This document shows, one piece after another, positions 50,701 through 64,000 of a stretch of DNA of 64,000 nt; within the stretch, counting starts at the first letter, position 1; every line of letters starts with the position of its first letter. The notes beneath the pieces were generated by a model. The model was not told the DNA's origin. It worked only from the letters and a program-made list of their open reading frames with translations, and made no database searches. Source of the DNA: Sminthopsis crassicaudata (taxonomy: Eukaryota); NCBI RefSeq assembly GCF_048593235.1, contig NC_133622.1, positions 250,918,055 through 250,982,054 of the forward strand. Direction: 5' to 3'. The position numbers and the translations under genes are program-made.

Positions 50701-53700
50701 ACTCCAGTGTGCTGAAATTTCAGACCTTGTGAAAGATGCCTTGTTCTGGGCACATAGTAGGTCAGTCAGCTGGCTTCTGGGGCACTCCTCTCAAGGGGAG
50801 CCTGGGGGTCTCTACTGGGCAAGCCCCCAGGGAACTGATTGCCACTTGCTTTCTGTTTCAGGATAGAAGAACAAGACCTGGAGAGACGCTTCCAGCTCCT
50901 GAGTAGAGAACTGAGAGCCATGATGGCTATTGAAGGTACAGGGTCGGAGGGGGAAATGGGGATGGCCTTGGGCTCACCTAAGCTGCCTCTCATCTTTCCC
51001 CATCCAATGTACCTTCTGGGAAGCTGCCAAAAGGCACTTTCGAAGGCCCGGGTTTGAGCGTGGTATTCTCCTGCTCAGAAACCTTCAGTGGCTTCCTCTT
51101 GCCCCTGGCACAAAGCCGAGGGCCCACCACAGTTTGGCTCTGATCTTACACTTCAGTCTTAATTGGTTGAACTCCAACTCCAACTAAATGGGTCCACTTG
51201 ATGGCTTCCCAGTAAGTCAAGGAACACTTTTTTAAAGCTCCTACTATGTGCCAGGCCCTGTGCTGATCTCTAGGGATGCAAAGAAAGGTCAAAGACAGTT
51301 CCTGTTCCCTAGGAGCTTCCAGCCTAATGGGGGAGACAACAAGCAAACAATGAATAAGGAAAGATTTACCGATAGGCTATAGGGAGTTATCTATAGAAGG
51401 AAAAGGATGAGGGAGGTTGGGAAAGTCTGCGATTTTTAGCTGAGACTTCAAGGAAGCCAGAAGCAGAGATGAAAAGGGAGGGAATTCCTGACAGGGGGCA
51501 CTGCAGAGAAAATGCCTGGAGTTGGGAGATGAAGAGTCAAGTGCAAAGAAGGTCCAAGAGGTCATGGACACTCTATCAAAGAATATGTGATGGGGTGTAA
51601 GGAGCTAGAGGGCTGGCAAGGAGACAGGGAGCAGGATGTGGAGGGCATAAAAAGACAAATGGAGGGTTTTCTTTATAGTCCTGGGGCCCTAGGGAGTCAC
51701 AGAAGTCTATTGATGAGGGGAGTGAAGGGTCAGGTCTGTGCAGACACTTTGATGGTTGACTGGAGGATGGCCTGGAGGCAGGCGGTTTCCCAGAAGCTGT
51801 TGAAACAGTACCAGGTATAAGGTGATAAGGAGGGGAGGGGGTGTGCATATGAGGTAGAAATGACAGGACTTACAACTGATTGGGTCCTGGGGCAGGGTGA
51901 GGGAGGGTGCAGAGCCAGGGTGACCCTTGGGAAGAGTATGGGAATCGGTAACGAGGTTGTTAGGAAGAGGCAAAGGTATAGGGGGTGAGTTTCGAACACA
52001 TTGAGTTGAAGACCTCTATAGGGCATTCAGTTGGAGATGCAATCCTGGAGGCCTGTTGAGAGTAAATAAGCATTTATTAAGCACCTCCTATGTGCCAAGT
52101 GCTTTAAAATTGTTGTCTCATATGTTCCTTATCACAAGCCTCAGAGGTAGGTGCTGCTATTATCCCCATTTAACATATGGGGAAACTGAAGCAAAAAGAA
52201 GTTAAGTGATTAATTACACAGATAAGAAATGTGTGAGGCCAGATTTTGATCTCAGGTCTATCTGAGACCAACCCAGCACTCTGTGCCCTGTGCCCCAACT
52301 TGTCTCAGCCTGGGAAGGACAAACAAACCTGAAAATTATTTGCATAAACATGACAGTTGGAAACATGGATTCAGATGAAAACAGCAAGTGATCTCCTGCC
52401 TCCTTATAGTTCCCTGGCCATCCTCCAAGTTTAGTAGGCACTCCTTCCTCATTTCTGCCTGGAAAAGAAATCCTGTCCTTCCTTCTCATCCCTGTCTCCT
52501 TTCTCCCTCTCTCCTCAGGGCAAAGGCCTTGGGAAGCCACACAGCCTACCTTGTATTATCCTTATTTTTGTGTCTGTGTCTGTGTCTATGTCTGTCTCTT
52601 TCTCAAGACCCTCCTGTGCAGTCTACCTTGTATTATTATCCATGTGTCTGTCTGGGTCTGTGTCTATGTCCCTTTCTCAAGCCCCTCCTGTGTAGTCTAT
52701 GTTGGATTCTCATTGGTGTCTGTGTCTGTGTCTATGTCCCTTTCTTAGGTCTCTTCTATTCAGTCTATCTTGTATTATCCTTATGTCTGGGTCTGTGTCC
52801 CTTTCTCAAGCCCCTCCTGTGCAGTCTATGTTGGATTCTCATTGGTGTCTGTGTCTGTGTCTATGTCCCTTTCTCAAGCCCCTCCTGTGTAGTCTACCTT
52901 GTATTATTATCCATGTGTCTGTCTGTGTCTGTGTCTATGTCCCTTTCTCAAGCCCCTCCTGTGCAGTCTATGTTGGATTCTCATTGGTGTCTGTGTCTGT
53001 GTCTATGTCCCTTTCTTAGGTCTCTTCTATTCAGTCTGTCTTGTATTATCCTTGTGTCTGTGTCTGTGTCCCTTTCTCAAGCCCCTCCTGTGCAGTCTAT
53101 GTTGGATTCTCATTGGTGTCTGGGTCTGTGACTACGCCTCTTTCTCAAGCTCCTCCTTGTGCTACTTTATGCTGGACACATCAGCACTAAGGACAGAGGC
53201 TGTGGCTCTGGGGTGGGGGGAGGCTTTGTGTCTCCGGGCCCAGCACAGGCCCTTGGGCAGAGTTAGCCTTTAGTGTGTATGATTTGAAAGGAGAAGCCAG
53301 GAGGGCCCAGGGAGACAGGCCCGGGACAAGCCCCCAGGTGGCAGCCAGGCGGCTCACCTGCTCCTCTGCTGCCACCTGCAGACTGGATGAAGACGGAAGC
53401 CCAGCAGCACCGGGAGCAGCTCTTGCTGGAGGAGTTGGTGTCCTTGGTGAACCAGCGGGATGAGCTGGTGCGGGATTTGGATAACCGGGAGAGGACGTGA
53501 GTGCTCCCCGCTGCGCCCCGGCCACCCCCCCACCCAGGGCACCATGGCTGTGGGACGGCTTGTGCACTTGGGGGGCAGGAGGGTGATGCCTTCCCTTGCT
53601 AGTCTGGTGGGGGAGGGGGAGCGTGACCGGGGTCAAAGGCTTCCTCCAGCCTGCATCTCAGTCCTCCACTGTCCTGCAACCTCCTTAACCCTTCACCCCT

Positions 53701-53846
53701 GAACCCCGGCCTGTGGCCCGGCTGACGCTGCCCCTTCTTTTCCCAGAGCCCTGGAGGAGGACGAGCGCCTGGAACGGGGACTGGAGCAGCGGCGTCGGAA
53801 GCTGAGTCGCCAGCTGAGCCGTCGGGAGCGCTGCCTGCTGAGCTGA
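26501..53846 (+). CDS. EHBP1L1: EH domain-binding protein 1-like 1, 19 exons (about 1916 aa if the +1 base at ~49120 is an error)
   Basis: Exons 26501-26604, 28849-28906, 28998-29093, 31563-31616, 32117-32295, 32428-32570, 32871-32951, 33042-33306, 33813-36984, 37449-37591, 37719-37767, 38108-38875, 46671-46722, 46915-46988, 47498-47621, 49043-49143, 50862-50935, 53382-53496, 53747-53846 (sum 5752 = 3n+1). NT-C2 domain [20 protein letters not shown] domain [10 protein letters not shown]...[12 protein letters not shown], b[13 protein letters not shown]...[17 protein letters not shown]. Exons 13-14 are the least certain; they were chosen by phase fit and SPSEEPG similarity. Confidence 0.93.
29419..30177. 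other. Assembly gap (N run), preceded by a purine-rich GGA/GGAA tract
   Basis: Run of n in EHBP1L1 intron 3. Confidence 0.99.
30620..31010 (-). mobile_element. Degenerate LINE1 ORF2 fragment (post-endonuclease region)
   Basis: Minus strand reads approximately IDKSNSWFY...[37 protein letters not shown]...RLTEEEIN with frameshifts; AT-rich island. Confidence 0.8.
35521..36650 (+). repeat. Coding VNTR: about 19 copies of a 60-bp unit (20 aa, [20 protein letters not shown]-like) in EHBP1L1 exon 9
   Basis: Successive 60-nt lines from 35521 to 36600 align column for column; some units are identical. Confidence 0.97.
41121..41410. repeat. Intronic minisatellite, 10 copies of a 30-31 bp unit
   Basis: gttctaaggcccc(c)agctc followed by agacatccca or catcatctca, recurring at about 41124, 41155, 41185, 41216, 41246, 41276, 41307, 41337, 41367, 41398. 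Confidence 0.95.
42440..42700. mobile_element. MIR-family SINE fragments (two, opposite orientation)
   Basis: gcctcagtttcctcacctgtcaaatg and cccattttacagatgaagaaaccgagacccagggaggtgaag. Confidence 0.6.
47700..48010 (-). repeat. Degenerate tandem array of ctctgacatt...ttctagactatc units
   Basis: ctggctctgacattc and ttctagactatc each occur twice, with further degenerate copies. Confidence 0.6.
49348..49923. other. Assembly gap (N run)
   Basis: Run of n in EHBP1L1 intron 16. Confidence 0.99.
50468..50585 (+). mobile_element. tRNA-derived marsupial SINE (WSINE1/Mar1-like) with a (GGAA)n-rich tail to about 50660
   Basis: A-box-like ggtgatgcagtgaatagagc, B-box gagttcaaat, body cacttcctagtggtgtgaccctgggcaagtcatttaaccccaattg. 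Family assignment is from memory of the consensus. Confidence 0.75.
51210..52050 (-). mobile_element. LINE2 3' fragment
   Basis: Starts aacactttttaaagctcctactatgtgccaggccctgtgct...cagttcctgttccctaggagcttccagcctaatggggag (reverse L2 tail) and continues as purine-rich L2-like sequence. Confidence 0.6.
52060..52270 (-). mobile_element. MIR/Mar1-like SINE
   Basis: gcatttattaagcacc...gaggtaggtgctgctattatccccattt...ggggaaactgaagc...gttaagtga. Confidence 0.65.
52545..53130. repeat. Intronic minisatellite (about 60-72 bp units) with a ~271-bp higher-order period
   Basis: Near-constant ccctttctcaagcccctcctgtg(c/t)agtcta alternates with variant segments. Diagnostic variants recur at 52624/52896 and 52741/53012. 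Confidence 0.93.
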
Positions 53847-54493
53847 GCCGGGCCCAACCGAGCGAAGCCAAGCCGGCCCGTCCAGTCCCTTAGGGTGGCC
53901 GCTCCCGTTCGGGGTAGGGGGAGCCGAGGGTCACCGCTGTCCCCGGCTGCGGCCGCCTGGGCGTCCCAGGGACTCCCTGCCAGCACTCGTCGGGCGGGGT
54001 GGGCCTGGAGGCCCTGGACCTGCGCCAGGGGGGTTTCCCTGCCTGGCCTGGGAGCCCCGCCCCCTGCCTCCCCGCCCCCCAAGCATCCGTCTCCTGCTCC
54101 TTCGTCCCCGCCCCACTCGTGCCTTTCCGCGTGTGGCCACCAGAGGCCGCCGTGGGCCTGGTTTGCGGCGCTGCGGGCCGTGGGGCCCCCTAGCGGCGGC
54201 CGGCCCAGTCTCCAGTCCCCAGCCCATCCGCCGTATTTATTGCAGTGTGTGCGCGTGTCTGTGTGTATGTATATTTGTGTGCGCGCGGGCCCTGGGCCCG
54301 TCGGGGGAGGGGGGTCGCGGAGGGATCCTCGGCGGCCTCCGGGCCCTTCGCCAAACGAGCGGGAGGGGAGGGGGCAGCGGGCGATGACTCCGGCCCCTCC
54401 CCTGGCCCAGCAAAGACTGGGTTAGCGCTCTTGTTACTGGGGGGAGGGGCAGAACCCCCCCTCAGAACGCACCCTAGCCAGGAGTTTGACCTC

Positions 54494-54499
54494 AATAAA
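54494..54499 (+). terminator. EHBP1L1 poly(A) signal AATAAA
   Basis: First AATAAA I saw after the stop at 53846. Confidence 0.7.
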
Positions 54500-55016
54500 T
54501 TCTGACTGGGAGCCATGACTCGGGTCCATCTTTCCCCCCCTCCCCTACGCGGGGGCGGGCAGGGCGCAGCTGATGGGTGGGTTAGGAGGGGAGGAGGGGC
54601 CCAAGGCTGGGCCCGGCTGGGGGGGATGCGGAATACAGCCGTCCTTGGAGGACCCCCTCTGGAAAGGCTGCTGAGCCACTCTGGTCTGGGAAGGGGGAGG
54701 GGGGTTGCTGGCCTGGGTGACCCAGCGTCCTCCTGTCCAAAACCAAGCGGGGAAGCCTGGCTTCTTCCGGCTCTGAACAGCTCCGGCGTCCCAAGGACTT
54801 CTCTCCACGAGGAGGAGGGGGAGGGGTACTGAGCCCATTTTACAGATGAAAACACCGAGGGTTGAGAAAATAACCCCAGTGGCCTGCTTCATAAAATAGC
54901 CAGCCAGGATTTCCGGGCCGCTCCAGTGGGGAGTCTGGGGGAGGCCTGGGGGCTGCTGTGGCCCAGCCCGGGGAGTTTGTGGGGGACACTGAGGCAGGTA
55001 GGAATCACACCATGCT

Positions 55017-55022
55017 TTTATT
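55017..55022 (-). terminator. KCNK7 poly(A) signal AATAAA
   Basis: TTTATT on +, about 140 nt beyond the KCNK7 stop. Confidence 0.7.
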
Positions 55023-55163
55023 CACACCCCTAGACTTACACACACGCGCGTCCCCTGAAGCTCCCCAAGCCCCGCAGGGCCAGCCAATTTCTGACTTGGC
55101 CATCCCAGCCCCCTCGCCCCCACTCGCCCCCACTCGCCCCCACGCCACGGGGAGGGCCGGCTC

Positions 55164-58163
55164 TCAGGCTGCGTTGGTGCCCTGGGCCGGGGGCGCGGGG
55201 GAGGCGCTGGGAGGCGGGCAGTGGCTGAGGGCCAGAGCATCCTGAGAGACAATGGCCCTTTGGTCCTCCTCCGGGCTCTGGGAGCTGGAGCTGAAGAAGC
55301 CCACCAAGGCCCGGACCTCCCTCAGCTCCGAGACCGTCTCCAGAGTCGACAGCAGAAACAGCAGCCCCAGAAGCAGGTAACCTGGCGGAGGAGGAGAGAC
55401 TGAGGGAGAGGCGGGGACGGGGCTCCTGGGGAAATGGTCCCCCGCCCGGGCCTCCCGCCATTCCTTTGGCCCCTGGGCGTTAGCCAGGAGAGGGGCCTGC
55501 GCCCGTGGGCAGCCCCGAGGCCGGCGGTCATCCTCCCCTTCCCCAGAAGCCCCCTTCTCAGCGCAGTCAGGAGGGATGCCAGTAGAGGCACCGAATCCGG
55601 GCCTCCGGGGTGGGTCCCTGACAGGCGGCTGCTCCTGCTCACTCTCTGCCGTCCCCCGGAAAGCTGCTGCGCTCCTCACCGAGTCTCCCCTCACCCCCTT
55701 CACGCCTGAGGCTCGGAAGAGCCTTCCTACTGAAGGAGCCCAAGCAGCCCCTTGGGGAGCTTGGCCCCCAAAAGCCTCCTGCCTGACTTGTCAGCAGCTC
55801 CTGCTCTCGCTGCCCCTGAGCTCGCCTGGGAAAGAGCTCCGGATTTGGAGCCCAAGGACCCAGCCCTTGCCCCGAGACACTCATGCTTTGGGGGGCCGTC
55901 GTCCCTCTCCCAGTGCCCAGTCCCGGGATGCCCTGCCTCGCCGGCCCGCCTCGGTGCCCGAATTTCCTCCATCGCACATTAAGCACTAAGTGTGGGAGCG
56001 GGTGACCCCAGGCCCCAGACCAGCCCCCCGGGGCCTTCACTCACCCATGAGGGCGAGCTGGCTGAGCCAGTACAGGGCCGGGTTGCGGTCTCGGCCGGGC
56101 ACAAAGCCCCCCAGCCCGATGGTGCTGAGCGACATGAAGCAGAAGTAGACGGCGTCCAGCAGGCTCCAGTCGGCCTCCTGGCTCCAGAGCACCAGGGTGG
56201 GCAGCAGGACGAAGACCGTCCCCACCGTCAGCCCCAGCAGGGCCGCCTGGAGCCAGGGGACGCGGGCGGGGGCCAGGCCGCAGCGGGGGGCCGCGCGGCT
56301 CAGCAGGCAGTGCAGGGGGTGCAGCAGGCGCTGGCGCAGGGCGGTGGCCAGCACGAGGCTCACGGGCAGCCCCAGGCTCGCGAAGCCCACGCAGAAAGCC
56401 TTCCCGCCGTCTGAGAGCAGGGCTGTGTTGCTGTAACCTGGACCAAGGGGGAGAGGGGGGAGACTGAGCCCATGCCCCAGCTGTGCGGGGTCACCCCTGG
56501 GGGGCGCTCTGGGGCTCACTGGAGGCAGCCCCCTCCATCCTTCCCTCCCATTGTTTCCTCTCCGACCCCAGAGCTGCCTTGAACTTGTGGGAACTGCCCC
56601 TCCCCCAGGTCCCCAGCAGGGAGCTTTCTCAGGGACGCTGGGTATGATGTGCTGCCCCCTTACTAGGGGCTAACTCTGTGGAGCAGGGGTCTCCAAGTCA
56701 GACTGGCCTTCAGAGGCCACGAGGGAGCCAGGACGGCCCCTGGGACCTCCCCAAGGAGCATCCAGGACGCCGTTTCAGAGACACAGACAGGGAGCTCACT
56801 ACCTGCGGAAGCAGCCCCTCCCTCCACCTAAGCCCAAAATCATCCTTTGTTTCTGTGTGACTTGTGTCACTCCCGCCTGGGCAGAACAAGGCCCCGGGCA
56901 CACTGTGGGCATTTATGGTTGCCCGAGTTTGGGGGTGAACTGCTCCTTCAACATCAGGGCCAGTGACTCGCACAGAGCTGCTGGGCCGGGAGGAACTTTG
57001 GAGACCAAACTTTGGGTCCGATTTCCTGATTTGACAAGAGGGGAAACTGAGGCCCGGAGAAGGGACGGCTGGCTCAGGGACACCATGTGACAGGTGAAGC
57101 TGCCCCGGGGCCCTTTGCCTCTTCTTCCAGTGGGAACTCCAACAGTCCAATGCGGCAGAACCGTGGGCCCCGGGCTGGGTGTCGGGATCGGCTTTTTTTG
57201 TTTTACACAAAACCCACACCCCTCATTCCCGCCCCTGGGGGGCTCATGGGTAGAATATTTGTCCAGAGGGCCGGGTTCAAGCCCCATTGCAGACGCTCGG
57301 TTGTGTGACTGAGGGCCAGTCCCTTAACTTCTCCAGGGCTCGGTTTCCTCTTCCATGAGGATCGAGGCGATAAAAGCCTGGACCGCTGTGCGGGCCGGGA
57401 ATCCTCACGTCCTCAAATATTTGAACAGTTGTGGGCAGGGAACCGGCCTGACGGGGCGGAACCAGGGGTGCCCTGGGCCTGGACGCCTCGGAGCCGGGGC
57501 GCAGGGAGACGTCCCTGGAAGGCTCCGAGCGGAGGGAGGCTATCAGCCAGAGGGGTCCGGGGCTGGACCTCCTTGCCCCTGAAGCCCCTCCCAAATCCAA
57601 GATTCTGGGCCAGGGTCCGGCCCTTCTGCTCTTCCAGAGGGAGCAGCCTGGAGTGGGCGGGGCCCTCTGGCTGATAAACTGGAGGTACCGGTTGGGGAGC
57701 GTCAAGGGCTGGGAGGCGCACTGGGGACGGGGGGCTCTGGTCCGGGCGCTGGGCTGCCCCGTGCAGGAACCCCGGGCCGGCCGAAGACCCCGCACCCCGG
57801 CCCTTCGGCACGTGGGGTCCTGGCCCCGGCCTCTGCCCTTCCTCCGGCCTTACCTGTGGTGGTGAGGAGGCTGACGGCAAAGAACAGGGCGGAGGCCAAG
57901 TCCCAGTTCTTGGGCTCGGTGACATTGCCCAGGGCGGACACGCCGAAGGCCTGGGCTTGAAGCACTGCCCCCAGCAGCCCCTCCAGCCTCCCGGGGGGCA
58001 GGCAGCCCCTGTGGTCTGCCTGGAAGGCGGCCAGCTGGCCCAGCAGCTGCTCCCGGAGCCGGCGCTCGGGGGGCCCCTCAGTGGCCATGAACACAGCGGA
58101 GCCCAGCAGCACAAAGGCCAGGTAGCAGGCCAGCAGCAGCCAGTACCGGGCCCCGGGCCCCAT
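55164..58163 (-). CDS. KCNK7: Two-pore-domain potassium channel subfamily K member 7, 3 exons, 306 aa
   Basis: Exons 57854-58163, 56045-56437, 55164-55381 (921 nt, in frame). 4TM/2P topology: WDLASALFFAVSLLTTT|GYS and AVYFCFMSLSTIGLGG. Syntenic position between EHBP1L1 and MAP3K11. Confidence 0.93.
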
Positions 58164-58485
58164 GGGCGGCGGCCGAGAGCGCGTGGCCCAGAAATGGGGC
58201 TCCAGCGCCGAGGACCAGGGCAGTGCCCCGTGTGGGGCAGACGGGGATGAGCGTCCGGACTAAGGGAGGAGCCTGGGGCTGCACGTGTGTGGGCTGGAGA
58301 AAGGAGGGATGGGAACCACCCTGGAAACAGCCGAGCATCTGCAAGATGCACAGGGGTGGGCGCTGCCAGTGGCGGAATCCATGGCTCCTGCCCCCTCCGT
58401 GCCCACGTTCTCAGGTGGCCCAGAGTCAGCCAGGGCCGAGCCGCCTGCAGCTTGGATAGACTGCCTGGGCCCCATTTTCCCTCAC

Positions 58486-58491
58486 TTTATA
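58486..58491 (-). promoter_or_regulatory. Possible TATA box (TATAAA) for KCNK7
   Basis: About 320 nt upstream of the ATG; motif only. Confidence 0.25.
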
Positions 58492-58877
58492 GAGGCTCCA
58501 GGTCCCCGACCATAAAGCCTGGCATGAAGACCCCAGTGGTCCCACGCCCGGTGCTTTTGCCACCCCCACTCAGCTCCCCTGCAGGAGGAGCGCCCTCCCA
58601 AGCCCTCAGTGCTGTCCCCTCCTAGGGGCCTTTACCTGACCCCTGCAGTGGGGGGGGGGGGGCTCCCCCATCCCCCTTTGGCTTATGGTTGTAATCCTTC
58701 ATCTGATGAGTTATGGAGGGGGTCTTACCCCATGGCACCCCCCGAGGGCTGGATGGATCACTTGGCCCTCACTCTTTGGGTTTATGGTGTCTGGGCCAGA
58801 GGTCAAATACCAGTTACTCCCAGAATCCTCTCTGGGAGTCAGAGGAAAAAGCCAAGCCTGTGTAGACAGCTGAAGAG

Positions 58878-58883
58878 TTTATT
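58878..58883 (-). terminator. MAP3K11 poly(A) signal AATAAA
   Basis: Minus strand reads ...gctactgaaaccaaataaactc, about 810 nt past the stop. Confidence 0.75.
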
Positions 58884-59689
58884 TGGTTTCAGTAGCACTC
58901 GAGGCTGTGACCTGCAGGCCAGGGCTGGGAGGTGGAGTGTTCGGCACCGAGCCCCCACGGGAAACCTGCGGCTGCGTCCCCCGGGCCACTGGTGTGGGGG
59001 GACACGCTCCCAAGGGCCCCGTGGCTCCTCGCAGACAGCCCAGGCCTGCGTCTCTCCCCCACCCCCAGGGGCCACAACCACATGACTGCACTCCCTGTCT
59101 CCCCCCACTCCCAGGCCGGGGAAGGGTGGACAGTGATTCCCTGAGACAGGTTCTGGTGCCCCCCAAACCAGCCAGTTACAGTGTTGAGCCCCAGGGGGAA
59201 GAAGAGGGGCAAGGGGATGGCTCCAGAGGCCCCCTGGGGACCTCTGCAGAAGGCTGGGAGAGGCAGGGGCGTCCCCCAACCGCCCTCTGGACTCCCCCCA
59301 GTGTCCAGTGTTAAGGCTTCAGGTGCAGCGTAGTGTTCCAGGGCAGGGAGGCTTCATCCCCGTCTTCTGCGCTCCCCTCTAAAGAAAAGGGCCACCTTCA
59401 AGGAGAACCCAGAGCCTCTGGGAGAAACTGAGGCAGCTGCCAACAGGCCCTCGCTCGGAGACAGCTCAGTCCCTTCCAGAGGGACCTGGGGAAATAAAGA
59501 GGTTGGGGCCAGCAGCCCCGTGGATCTAGTGGCCTTTTGGGGGTCTGGCCCCGTTCTCCTTTTCCAGTGTATACAATGGCTCCTGGAGAGGCCTCCCTCT
59601 GGCTGAAGGTCCCCTGGGGGGGCATCTGCCTCCCTGAAAGGCGCCAAGACACTCCCACGTCACTGTGGGGTACACCTTCCCCCCCTCAC

Positions 59690-64000
<4,311 letters not shown>

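Noticed and set aside
52545-53130. CRISPR-like repeat/spacer appearance and Cys/Leu-rich ORFs (52388-53131 and others)
   Set aside because: The spacers are themselves repeated, there are no cas genes, and the context is a mammalian intron. The ORFs come from stop-free TGTC repeats.
57413-58351. 312-aa ORF overlapping KCNK7 exon 1 in another frame
   Set aside because: Non-ATG start, Pro/Gly/Ala-rich composition typical of GC-rich non-coding frames, runs through an intron.

Overview
GC-rich mammalian genomic DNA, most likely marsupial: it carries a WSINE1/Mar1-like SINE and marsupial-type L1 ORF2 fragments, and a dasyurid origin is a guess. Gene order matches human 11q13.1: SCYL1 3' end (+), LTBP3 (-, 28 exons, 1287 aa), ZNRD2/SSSCA1 (+), FAM89B (+), EHBP1L1 (+, 19 exons), KCNK7 (-) and the 3' part of MAP3K11 (-). 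I built the exon structures by hand from GT-AG boundaries, phase continuity and recalled human protein sequences. The window also has three N gaps, old MIR/L2/L1 fragments and several minisatellites. I found no convincing new gene system. The best second-look items are a +1 frameshift in the EHBP1L1 bMERB domain, a homogenised ~19x60-bp coding VNTR in EHBP1L1, altered selectivity-filter motifs in KCNK7 (GYS and GLGG), a 17-nt LTBP3 microexon, bidirectional poly(A) signals at the SCYL1/LTBP3 junction, and minisatellites apparently seeded from a MIR end.
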